This document shows positions 1 to 25,734 of a stretch of DNA of 64,000 nucleotides, in pieces. Origin of the DNA: Zygnema circumcarinatum SAG 698-1b. Lineage: Eukaryota; Plantae; Zygnematophyceae. The number at the start of each line of letters is the position of its first letter. Position 1 is the first letter of the stretch. The notes beneath the pieces are model-generated. The model worked only from the letters and a program-made list of their open reading frames with translations. It was not told where the DNA came from and did no database searches. The stretch covers positions 1,832,880-1,896,879 of the forward strand of contig CM074810.1 of assembly GCA_037447605.1 (NCBI GenBank). The letters run 5' to 3'. A program made the translations under genes and the position numbers.

Positions 1-784
1 TTGTGGGAAACGGTTGAGATTACATGGAACAGCGTGGAATTTTGATGTACTGTAAAGTTGAATCTTGCTAAAGTAAAAAAAAAATCGGAGCTGGCACTGA
101 TGGTGCCACGTGACATTCCATGATTGGACGGTCAGCGGACACAGCAGCAACGGACAGAACCGGCGGGCACCGTCGGTTCAGTCGGTGCCAGATTCTCGTA
201 CATTGGCGGGGGGCCTTTTGGACGACTTTCAAGACTGTGTGGGCCAATGAGGGCATGCCATGTCAACAGCCAGCGTTTCCTTGTTTCTGACACGTGTCAT
301 GACGACAACGAATCTTATGTCGCCAGGCACGCCCTTGAGATTTCTCGAGATTTTGCAGCAAATGCACGCTCAACACGTGGTGCTGACATTCGGCAGTCTG
401 CTCAACTGACTTGAAAACCGGCCAGCTGCATGCCACGTGGACGATTTTTTAACACGTGGCGAAAGGGCATTGGCCGGTTCCTGAAAATCGCACTGCCCTT
501 CCTTTAGGGCCACGTCCTTTTTGAGGGTTCAGGGCTTATGAGAACCCTAAAGCCCTAACAACCATTAAAAAAGTGAATTTGCAAAACAAAACAAAATAAA
601 AAAATAGAAATAATTTCTATGCATGTCTATGTAAGAAATATATGTTTTTCGTATATTCGACTTTCTTGAATTTATATAAATTCCTTCTTCAAGCCGCCCC
701 TCCTCTCACAGGTACTAGTAACTCCTAAGAGCAATTAAATCTGAAGGAAATAAAAAAAATCGATTGCGAAGCCCCATTTGCAAC

Positions 785-9316
<8,532 letters not shown>

Positions 9317-10371
9317 GGCTGCCCGCTCCGTGCTGCCTCCTCCTCGCTCCTCTGCCAACGGCTCCTTCCTGCTGCTCCTGACGAAAAAGCTTCAAAGTTC
9401 CATGTCAGGTTCAAGGTTCCGTGCCAGAGTTCCAGTTAGACAGGCAGTAAAACGGCGACTCTAAATTTGAGACAAAAACTTTAACTGGACGATCATAGAA
9501 CTGGGAAATCCGTCAGTACCGTACCGCATTTCTGAAGAGGGAACTTCCGTCACTTGAGTCCAAAACGAGTACTCTGCGACAATAGCGCTCCTTTTATAAA
9601 AGAGTTAATTCTAAATTAATCCCAAGAAAGAAAGTGGCATGGATCTCACGATGGCGATGATGCCATCAAGTGTACATGGCCAACATCAGCATGGGGAACC
9701 ACGAGGAACTAATTTGTCGCAAAGGACCTGAGCACAAAAGACAAAAGCTTGGAGCGGAAAGCAAGGTCTGTGTTTGAGCACCATCCAATAGAAATGCGAA
9801 AAATCAAAAGATGGTGAAAATACACCACGAATGCCAATAGAATAATTTGAAGAAGGTCCATCGCCCTCGAGCCAACGCATGACGCGACGCATAGCGATGG
9901 CAAGATTTTTTAAAGACATAGAAACTACATTTTTAGAAATTTTTAAATCCAACAAACAAGTTTGGCACAAGAAGTGGAAAAAAGAACAATTGGTAAAAGA
10001 TCAAAAATTTGTGGGTGCGACACCGGGATTTCCCGGTAGGTACCCAGTACTATTCCGGCCCACAGGCGCTTTGCTGCGGAGTTCTGATGGGATCCGGCGT
10101 AATAGCCTAGGTATGATCGCACCACGTTTGTTAAAGTAGATAATACAATAATATATATTTTCAATAAGGCAATTTAAGAAACTGACCAATCACACCTTGC
10201 CACGTCAGACAGAATTCAAACGTGGCAATCTCTGATTGGCTCCCGCCTGACAGCCGTGCCCCAATGCAGACGCAACCCACGTTTCCTGTCACACCACCTT
10301 TTAGGGCTCCGAAGGGTTTGCAGCGGTGGTGAATTAGGGTTAAGAAATTAGGGCTTGTTCTGCCGGGCGGA
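9317..10371. promoter_or_regulatory. Shared divergent promoter of SMT1 and NIP7, with paired CCAAT-N9-CCACG motifs and telo-boxes
   Basis: CCAAT-N9-CCACG at 10186-10204 (+) and 10221-10239 (-). TTAGGG(TT) at ~10301, 10334-10341 and ~10348, just upstream of the NIP7 ATG; telo-boxes are typical of plant ribosome-biogenesis genes. Confidence 0.6.
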
Positions 10372-11742
10372 ATGAGGCCCCTCGACGAGCAGGAGACGCA
10401 GCAGGTCTTCGAGAAGCTTTACAAGTACGTGGGGAAGAACCTCAAGCTGCTCATCGAGCGCCAAGTGGACGGCCCAGATGGCACGCCCACCTCCTTCTGC
10501 CTGCGCCTGCAAAAGAACCGCATCTACTACGTCAGTGAGGTGCGGGTTCGCCGTCATTTTTTTCAGGGTTTTATTTTCAAAACGAGTATTTGAGGGTTTG
10601 CGGTTATTGAGGTTAGAAAAAGAATATTCGAGTGTTTTCGGCAAAATTGGTGATCAGGGTTTGAGAGTTTCTTTCGTGAATTTAGAGTTTTACGTTTAAA
10701 AGGAACCTTTTGTTAATTTGGGATGTGAATTTCCGTATTATTTGGTTCAGTCACGCGGCGAATTCAGAGACTCTCTCCCTCTCTCCCACATACTGCCCCT
10801 CCATCCCTCTCTTCCACACCCTGCCCTTCCACTCCCCTTCCCTCCCTCCCACACCCTGCCTCCTCCCTCCCCCCCCCTCTCTCCCGCTTACTGCACTTTC
10901 CTCCCCCTCTCCGACAAGCTGCTCGTCCTCCTCTCTCTCCTCACAGACTATCCACATTCGTTTCTCTGTCCACTTCTCCTCCCTTTCACTTTCCCTCTTC
11001 AATTTCCACTCCCACTCCTCCCGCTCGCTATCTCTTTTCCTCCCTCTACTTCTCCAGCACTCTCTCCCCTCCCTGCCAGCTGTCTCTCTTTTGGGGTCTT
11101 CGTCGCATCTGCACTCATTTCGTTTCAGCACTGTTTCTCTATTTCTCCTCCCTGCCTCCCTTCCTCCTACCTCCGCCTCCCCTTCCTCCCCACCTGCTGG
11201 CCTCCCTCCTTTTCCCCCTCCGTCCCTCCCTCCCTCCCTCCCCTTCTCCCGCCTTTCCCCCGCCGCCCCTCCCCCCTCTCTCCTTCCCCCCTTCCCTCCC
11301 GCTCGCCCTCCCCCTCCCCCTCCCCCCTTCTCAAACCTTTCCTTCCATCTATTCTTTCATTCAAATCCCGTTCCCATCCATCCCACCTTTCTAAACATCA
11401 CAAGAAAAATCTCTTTGTGATTTTCAACAGGCCCTCGTGCGACGAGCCACGAACATTGGCCGAGAGCACTTGTGCGCTCTCGGAGTGTGCCTCGGAAAGT
11501 TCACTCACAGCGGAAAGTTTATACTGACTGTCACTTCTCTGGACGTGTTGGCGTCATATGCGAAGTATAAGGTGTGGTTGAAACCTTCGTCAGAAATGTC
11601 CTTCCTTTATGGAAACCACGTGTTGAAAAGTGGACTCGGGAGGATAACAGAGAACACGGAAAAGTACCAGGTAAGCTCATTTCTATGTCAGTTCAGTCAG
11701 GATTTCAGTAATTTCTAACAAGAGGCATGGGGTGTTCTTGGC

Positions 11743-11808
<66 letters not shown>

Positions 11809-12417
11809 CGCTTTGCTTCTGTGGGTGTGTGTTGTGTGATCGGAGCGGATTGTCGTTTATGTCATGGGGCATAGTCTTCGTTACATTGGAGCAATAACTA
11901 GAATGACAACGTGAAATCCTTTTCCTCCTTTTTACTGCTCGCTCCTCCGTCCATCCTCCCCTCCCTCCCCCTCCCTCCCTCCCTCCCTCCCTCCCTCCCT
12001 CCCGCCCTCCCTCCCTCCCGTCTTTCTCTCCTTCTCTCCTCTCGCTCCCCATGCCGTGCTTAGTTGAAGCTAAAGGAAGTAAAGCTTGTATGAGGGATGC
12101 AGGGAGTGGTAGTGTTCTCCATGTCAGATGTTCCCCTCGGATTCGGAACAGCCTCATATTCAACTCAAGACTGCCGAAAATTGGACCCTAATGCTATTGT
12201 GGTGTTCCATCAAGCAGACGTGGGTGAGTCATAATGATCTTTCTCCACTTGATGAGAGCAAGTTTGTATGGGGATGTAAATAGCAACAACTGAAAAAGCT
12301 GCGTGGAGAAGAAGAGATAATTATTCTCACAATGTGAAACTCCTCAAGGCTAAGTGAGGGGATGTGCTTACGTGGCGCTTTGCAGGGGAATACTTGAGAA
12401 TGGAGGACGAGCTATGA
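10372..12417 (+). CDS. NIP7: 60S ribosome subunit biogenesis protein NIP7 homolog, 4 exons, ~186 aa
   Basis: Exons 10372-10539, 11431-11670, 12103-12223, 12386-12417 with GT-AG introns. Protein [21 protein letters not shown]...[13 protein letters not shown]...[33 protein letters not shown]...[15 protein letters not shown]...[15 protein letters not shown] has the NIP7 N-domain plus PUA domain. Confidence 0.96.
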
Positions 12418-12589
12418 TCAACGAAGAAGAGTCGTCTATGCACTCACAAAAAAAAATAAAAAATGTACTCCAGTATCCGCATTATAATGAAGCAAAAAGT
12501 CGGTTGGACTTAAGTTGTTGAGCGTGCGCGTTGGAGCCTTCAGGGCCCACTGTCTTCGTGGAATGCAAACAGAAAGCGATCGAGGTGAT

Positions 12590-12860
12590 GATGCGCATGC
12601 ATGCATGCATGCATGGATGCATGGATGCATGGATGGCGAAAGTCAGTGTCATGCGGATGTCATGTCATCGTCATCATCATCAGGACCATCATCATGATCA
12701 TGCTGATGGTATGATGATGAGACATCGAAGGAGTCGAGGAGGATACTATGCATGATGATGATGATGATTATGATGATGATGATGATGATAATGATGATGA
12801 TGATGGGGATGGGGATGGGGATGGGGATGGGGATGGGGATGGGGATGACGATGGGGATGA
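12590..12860. repeat. Compound microsatellite (GCAT)n / (CAT)n / (ATG)n / (GGGGAT)n downstream of NIP7
   Basis: Direct reading. Confidence 0.85.
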
Positions 12861-12945
12861 TACATGCCTCGTTCTTGTGACGGCCATGGAACAATGGTGA
12901 TGTTGGCGGTGGCGCTGATGGTGATGACGGCCTAATGTTTAATGA

Positions 12946-13136
12946 GGCTGCGTTTCCATGGTCCAACTTCATTCAACTTTCCTGGCGTGGTTCAACTTCG
13001 CTGATGCAATTTTACATATGCAGATCGAACTGGTTGGAAGAAGTTAAACATTGTTTCCGAGGTTTAAGAACTCCGCCTCAGTTTGCAACTCCTCCATTCA
13101 ACCAGTTGAACGAAGTTGAACCATTGAAATGCACCA
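12946..13136. mobile_element. Small (~190 bp) Tourist/PIF-like MITE candidate
   Basis: ~30-bp imperfect terminal inverted repeats GGCTGCGTTTCCATGGTCCAACTTCATTCAACT ... AGTTGAACGAAGTTGAACCATTGAAATGCACC; TSD not clean. Confidence 0.5.
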
Positions 13137-13146
13137 TTAGGGGTTA

Positions 13147-13410
13147 GCCCTACGCTCTGAGGGGTCTACCGGTACTCTACCCTCCGGCCTATGACCCCAC
13201 TACTGTAGGCCCTATGCTCTATACCCTAGGCCCTATGCCATAGGCCCTATGTCATAGGCCATATGTCCTATGCCCTATGCTCTAGGCCCTATGCTCTAGG
13301 CGCTATATAGGCCCTGGGCCCTAGGCCCTATGCTGTATGCCCTATACCCTAGGCCCTAGGCCCTTTGCCCTAAGGCCCTATTCCCTAGGTCCTATGCACT
13401 AGGCCCTAGA
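13147..13410. repeat. Degenerate 7-bp tandem repeat (GCCCTAT/GCCCTAG), telomere-repeat-like
   Basis: 7-bp periodicity with a CCCTA core. Confidence 0.8.
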
Positions 13411-14288
13411 CTCTCCTTTTGAATTGCCGTACCCCAAAGGCTTAGTTCTGATTGGTGCCGCGAATTTTGGAAGCCCATTTTCGTGTTCCCGTTGCTCAAC
13501 AACCGCCAGCTCACATAGAACCAGTTCGGCGTCGAAAAATTGACCGTTGGGCCCAGCCCGGGCGGCACGTTTGATTGGACGGTCGAGATTTCGTTTTGAG
13601 CATCGGACGGCGACGAGTGACCCAATATCTAAGCCGTGGATTCAAGATTCAGAAAATATCGACGGCCAGGAGGTTGTTTCTGTAGTGGACATTCACAAAT
13701 GTTTCATTTTTGTAATATATTTTGAATTTATACTACTCCTGCCGTACTGTAAAATATTATTCACTTTTTTGAAAACTGGTTTGCGCCTCTCCCTCTCTCC
13801 CTCTCCCTCTCCCCCTCTCCCTCTCTCTCAATCCTCCCTCCTCGCTCTCTTGCCTCTCCCTCTCCCTCTTCTCTCTCGCCCTCTCTCTCGCTTCTCTCCA
13901 TCAGCTCAGTCATTCAACCCTAACTTTCGCTGCTTATCATTCCGATTGATAGAACTCTCCGTGCAAAACTCGTGCTCCAATGGAATATTGAACTGAAGTT
14001 GAACTGAAAAGAGGCGGCTGGAGTTTGGACCTTGCAGCAGCAGGATGGAGATTCCTCCGAAACAGGCTGCGCATTAGAGTGTAGTAACTTGCTGGAATCA
14101 AACCTGCAGAAAACCTGCACGCGGAAAATTTGACAGGTCACAGGAAGGAAGAAAACTCACAGAACCTTTGAAGATCAAGAAGAAGCTGCAAGAAACTCAA
14201 CCAAATTTGAACCACGGTTGGACCAAGGTTGAACGAAGGTTGAATCCGATAGGAGAAGAAGGATAAGACGTGCGTCAGAGCTTCAGCC

Positions 14289-19919
<5,631 letters not shown>

Positions 19920-21493
19920 AGCCCTCCGTTTCGGAATGTTTTCCAGCGCCACTCTACCTCGTGAGTTAAACTGAAATCCCTCCTCCCTCTCCCTCTCCTC
20001 TCCCTCTCTCCCTCTTTCTCTCCCTCTCCCTCTCTGTTTCTCGCCCTCACCTTTCTATCTCTTTTTCCATCTCCCTATCCCTCCCTTCTCTCTCCCTCTC
20101 ACTCTTTCTGGCCCTATCCTCACCCTGCCCGTCTCCCTCCCTTCCCACCTCCTGCACCTTCCCCCTTACTATCCCTCTCCCTTTCCTCTCCCCTCCCTCT
20201 GTCCCTCCCTTTATCACTCTCTAATAGAAAATGAGCTCCTCTCTAACCTTCACTTCCTGCAGTCGTAATGGAGCCATCAGTGCCATCGTCTCTGCTTCCG
20301 TTCCTCTGCGCACTTCATCCACTAAACTCAAACCCGGTTTCTGCCTGTCTGCCTGTGCAGGTCGACAACACATTGTCATGAGAAGTGAACGGTGCCCTTG
20401 GACACGGTCTCCTTCTACTTCTCCCTCTCACATTCCCCCTCTCCCTATCGATCCCTCTCCTCCTCCCGTTCCCTTCCCTTATACTTCATCTCGATCTCCC
20501 TCTCCCTCTCCCGCTCGCTCTCCCGCTCCATCTTCGCTTCCCCCTTCCTCTCCCTCTCCCTCTCCCCCTCCTACTCCCTCCTCTCTACTTCTCTCGCTCC
20601 TTGTTCCTTCTCTTGCCTCGCGTTTTGTAGATACGTGCTGTGGAGCCATTACCTTGCATCCTCGACCTCTACTGTGGCTGTAGCTGCCCTGCCTAGCTTG
20701 TCGCCTGTAGCGTTTAGTTGTAGCGCCACGTGGCTATGCGCAATGATGATCATCTGATCATCATCATTATGATGGCCATGTGCCTCCTCACATGCATGCC
20801 AACATGCGGACCCATTTTCTGGCTCGTAGTCACTTTGTCCATTTGGCAATTGCTTGATTTTTTTAAGCGGTTTTTGTGCTGGAAATTGAAGCATCTATGT
20901 GAAATGAAATTTACGGTTTGGCTCGTTTTGGTTTTCGACTTAAAACCAGTTTTTTTTCGTTTGTTTGTTCTGTCTTTTTTCACTGTAGTCTCACATTTTA
21001 AAAGAGAAGAACTGAAATTCTCAAGAAAACGTTGTAAGCCTCCGCAGCTGCATGGCCCAAAGCGAAAAATAAAATGTAGGAGTCGAAGGGGGAATGGGAC
21101 GGGGAGGAGGAGGGGAGATGAAGGGGGAAGGGGAGATGGAGGGGAGTGGGGTGGCAGGGGAGGGGAGGCGTGGGGGTGGGGAGAGAGCGGGGGAAGAGAG
21201 TGGAAAGGAAGACGCAGGGGAAGGAAAGGCGAGGGGAGAGGGGAGGGCGGGGAGAGGAAGGGGAGTGGAAAGAGAGGAGAGGAAGGGATGAAAGAGGAAA
21301 AGGTGTGGAGAGAGAGGCGGCAGCTAGAGGGAGGAGAGCGGGATGGGAGAGGGAGATAAGGGAGAGGGAGTTGCAGGAGGGAAGATGAAGGGCAGAGGTG
21401 AGTGGAGGGGGGGGGGGTGAAGTTTATTGACGAATGACCTCTCGTATCAACTTATTTACGCTACTTAACCTCCTTTATTTGCAGGGAAGAATA

Positions 21494-23542
21494 CTACGAC
21501 AAAACCGAAACCTTTGTCACGAAGTTTATCAACAATCTGTGGAACGTAGCGGGGTCGTCTATGTAGCACGCGTGCCCTGTATTTGGAATCACCACCTGCA
21601 GCGAAGAAAAGGAAAAGAGAAAAAAAATAATAACATCAACCCCTCAGTTACCACACTTTCTTAGGGTTGATATATTCCACAAAGAAAACAATAGGCTAAA
21701 AATAAAAGAACAAAAATCTCTTGCAACTTTCTTGCAAGAATTACCTACTCTGCAAACGCTTTTCAATAGCTTTGTAGAAAACAAATCAGTGTATTTTGTT
21801 TTCGATGGCTTTACCGCTTCTCCGTCTTCGAAGAGAGCTGCGAGTTCCGCCGCTCGCTGCGGAAAGTCCCTCTCTCCCCTCACCACCAGAGCTGCAACTT
21901 TCACCTGCACCTCCTTTCATTCACATCACTAAAAGACAAACGAGAAAAAAACCTTGACGTTTTCCTCTCTCCCTTCCCGCCCTTCCCTCCCTTCCCTCCC
22001 TCCCGCTCTCCTCCCGCTCCCCCCTCCCCCCATCCCCTCCCCTCACCTCCCCCCATCCCCTCCCCTCACCTCCCTCCGTNNNNNNNNNNCTTCCCTCTCC
22101 TCCCCCTCGTCACCCCCCCCTCTTCCTCTTAAAGCGCACCTTCCTCCCGCGAAGCTCCCCCTTGAGTCTCTCTTCGCCCACGGGGGCGATGGGGACAAAG
22201 CCCGCAAGAAGCTCTGGGCGTGACGCGACAAACGGAAGACTGAAGCGGCCGGAGAGGGAGGGAGAGACCAACACTTTGGGAGGGGAGGCGCCCAGGGCCT
22301 CCCATAGCTGGAGGGAGGGCGAGAGAAAGAGAGAGAGAGAGAGGGGGGGAGGGGAGGGGGGGAGGGAGGAAGGGAGGGGAGGTAGGAGAGGGAGGGAATG
22401 GGAGGGAAAGGGAGGGAGGTAGGAGAAGGAGGGGAGGGAGGGGACGGGACGGGACGGGAGGGGAGGGAGGGTGGGAGGGAGGGGACACCAAAAAAAAAAA
22501 AAAAAACGGCAGAAACAGTAGAATCTCAGTTTTATAGATTTGATCATATTCACGAGCAGATTCCATTCGTGGGCCGTCTCAGAATAGGCTCGGTTCTTAC
22601 CGAAGGCAAAAAGGCGTCCACATTCTCTGCACGTTGAAGGTCCCCTTTCGTTTTTCCTTTGCCGCCTACATGCACCAGATTCCTTCTGCCGCGGTTCAAC
22701 ATAATAATAATAATAATAATAAGAAAAAAGATTAAAAAACCTCATACAAGCTAGGATTTCGCAAGATTTTAGGGGTTTATGGTTTGGGGTAGAGAATGTA
22801 AGGTTTTGATTATCAGGTTTTCGGATTTAAACTTCTTTCTATGCTCCTTAATTTGGGGTTTCGAATCTCAAAGTTTTAATTTATACTGTGCGTTTAGGGT
22901 TTAGGGTTTTAGAATGGGCAAGTAATACGGACCGGGAAGGTCGACGGCAAGAGCATAGAAACCGGCGGCCGCCAACTCATCCAGTGTCCCTGCATGCATG
23001 CATGCATGGCCATACATGAGACTTTCCAGGAACCTTCTGGATCCTTCGCCTAACATCATTCTGAAATCATCTGGACCCTTTTGGTAAAAAAAAAAATGGA
23101 GGAGAAATTTCTTGTTCACAAATTATAAAAATTGATGGCATTTAAATGTGTGGGTTTCTATAAATGAAAGAGAATTGTGCCGATTCTCCCTCTCCCTCTC
23201 TGTCTCTTTCACTTTCATAGCCCACAACTTCCCCCCCATAGAAAAAGTTTTAACTTACTCACCCAGCAGCCGCCACGTGTCCGCCTCAAATGCCCTCCCA
23301 TGCAGCAGTATCACGTGTCCCCTGCTCCTACCTTTCACTCCCGCTGCCAAGTACCGCACCTCCACACTCTCCCCTCCCACATTTACTTCCACAAACGCCT
23401 CTCTCACTCCTCCCTCTCTCCCTCCCTCTCCCTCCCCCTCCCTCTGCCCCCCCTCAGTCTCCCTCTCCCTCTCCATCTCCCCCTCTCGCAACCCCTCGCC
23501 TTCCCCTCCTCTCCCTCTCCCTCCCTCTCCCTCCCCCTCCAT
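21494..23542 (-). CDS. ABHD14-like alpha/beta hydrolase, 6 exons, ~230-253 aa
   Basis: Exons 23263-23542 (alternative ATG 23476), 22933-22989, 22601-22665, 22140-22307, 21815-21904, 21494-21595. Motifs VILLHGRAFEADTWRLLGTLDELAAAGFYALAVDLPG, VSPSLSG (SxS nucleophile elbow), GFVPIAPVG, RGERD and GHACY match ABHD14B, with an intact Ser-Asp-His triad. The start is uncertain because it abuts an N gap. Confidence 0.88.
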
Positions 23543-23885
23543 CTCCTTTCTGNNNNNNNNNNNNNNNNNNNNNNNNNNNNNNNNNNNNNNNNNNNNNNNN
23601 NNNNNNNNNNNNNNNNNNNNNNNNNNNNNNNNNNNNNNNNNNNNNNNNNNNNATAAAAAATACTCAAAGAAGGGAGCGAGACAGAGAGAGAGAGAGAGAG
23701 GGAGAGCAAGACAGGGGGGAGTAAACAGAGGGAGAGAGAGAGAGGGGAGAGAAAGAGACGGGCGAGAGAGAGGGGAGATAGTGCCACATGCATATGAGGG
23801 TGAGAAACACGGAACAAAAGAAAACCACGCATATATGGAAGAATGGGAAAAGTCCAATTCTTTTTTTTTTAAATCTGAATAATAC

Positions 23886-24968
23886 CGTGGCCAATAATAA
23901 GCTCCTCCGGTTGGCTTTCCTGCCACGTGTCTCCAATTTTGCTAAGAGGGGCGGCGGTCCATGCGCGGTAATGCACTGCAGTGAACAAAATTTGAATTAG
24001 AATTCGGTGCAGGGAAAGAGAAGATTGCAAACATATCCTGGAAAATAGGGAACAGGGAGAGAGGGAGAGGTACGAAGAGAGACGGGGGCAGAAGGCAAGG
24101 GAGAGGGACGGATGCAGAGGGAGGGAGAGGGGGGAGGGGGGGATGTGGGGAGGGAGAGGGAGAGGGAGAGGGAGAGGGAGAGGGAGGAGAGGGAGAGGGA
24201 GAGGGAGAGGAGAGGGAGAGGGAGAGGGAGAGGGAGAGGGAGAGGGAGAGGAGGAGGGAGAGGGAGAGGGAGAGGGAGAGGAGAGGGAGAGGGAGAGGGA
24301 GAGGGAGAGGGAGAAGGGCAGGTGGAGAGAGAGGGTTACCGAAACAGGTGGAGTGCTTCTTCGGAGTTGCCTCCCCCTTCCCCTCCGTGATGAGCTGCTT
24401 CCTCACTCCCTCTCTGACCTCTACCTCCTCCGTTTCCACCTTTGGGGGCCCCTCCTCTGTCCCCTCTCCATGCTCGCCTTCCCTTGACTCCTCCGTTGTG
24501 GCCGACGGATTTCGGCCTTCAACTGGCTCTATGTCTGCAAGCGATGGGAGGAATGTAGACATGTGTGAATAGCGCAAATATCGAGTTTCAGGAATGCATG
24601 TGTCCATGTATGCATGCATTCATGCATGTGGACTGTGCATGTATGCATGGACTATGCATGTATGCATGGACTGTGCATGTAAGCATGGACTGTGCATGTA
24701 TGCCTACATGCATGCATGTATGTATGTGCGATGTACGCCTGGGGGTATGTATGTGCGTATGTATGGGTACATGCCCTAAACCCTAAACCCTAAAACTTTA
24801 TAATTTCAGATGGCTAGAGAGCAAATCGACTCCGATATCGCTGAATGCCTTGAAACCTAAACCCTGAAAAAGGCCCTAAGTTCTCTAAAACCCTGAATTC
24901 CTGACTTTCAAGAAACCAAGAAACTACCAGTTCTAAAATAAATTAAATTAAAATAACGAAATGTGTAT

Positions 24969-25000
<32 letters not shown>

Positions 25001-25085
25001 TCACACATTTACCTTCTTCTTCGCCGCCTGTCGCTCCTTTTCCCAAAAAAGGAGCGCTTTCCTCTTCTTCAATTATCTCCACCAT
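23886..25085 (-). CDS. FKBP42: FKBP42/TWISTED DWARF1-like immunophilin, 5' partial (remaining exons lost at the N100 gap 23553-23652)
   Basis: Exons 25013-25085, 24340-24534, 23886-23975. GPPKVETEEVEVREGVRKQLITEGKGEATPKKHSTCF|VHYRAWTAAPLSKIGDTWQESQPEELIIGH matches the FKBP42 signature (PPKV...KQIIKEGHG...STCFLHYRAWT...DTW.EQQP.EL.LG). Confidence 0.85.
24593..24794. repeat. (GCAT/GTAT)n array followed by three CCCTAAA telomeric repeats, FKBP42 intron 1
   Basis: CCCTAAACCCTAAACCCTAAA at ~24774-24794. Confidence 0.8.
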
Positions 25086-25734
25086 AGCTCCACAGAACAG
25101 GCAGGGGAGCCCGATATGTAGTATATATTTCGATATCAAAATTTATGAAAAAGAAAATATTACAGCATTTGGAGTGCTGGTTTTCGCTCAAAGGTGGCCC
25201 TGAACCCCCGAGGGTGCTTTCCTTTCTGCAAACTAGGGTCCGCCAAAAGGCGGTCGTCGGTTCGAACCGCGAGTCGGGATGATAGTAATCTTAGACTAGA
25301 TCAAGTAGAATCCTTACAGATTTACTTTCGATTTCTATAGGATCAAAAAAGATATTATGGCCAATTGTATTGCTCTCTTTGGATATGAGGAGATCGTAAG
25401 GATCTCAAAACAAATCGAAATGTGCGGATACCAGGACAATTCAGATATGATGAAATCTCACGATTCGAAGATCTGATTGGTTTCATGATCTGATCGGAAT
25501 ATCTGATATGATTCTGTAAATCCTTGAGCGGATCTATTTGATTCGCTGCGCAAGTAAATTCATCGATGTCTGTCAGTATGTATCGATATATCGGAAAAAT
25601 ATCGGACCAGAGTAATACCCCCTGTCAACGTACAGAATCGATACTCTCTCTTCTCTAAATTATCACTTATTTCCAATTTGCGAAATATTGTTTCTTTTTA
25701 GTGTTCATTTGCTTTGTACGATTTACGGCGCGAT

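Noticed and set aside
19920-20900. Exon-like segments between the coiled-coil gene and the ABHD14-like gene
   Set aside because: No coherent spliced ORF or recognisable homology; probably 3'UTR sequence.
21494-25085. Possible FKBP-ABHD14 fusion gene (same strand, adjacent)
   Set aside because: Separated by an N100 placeholder gap that most likely hides the rest of FKBP42.
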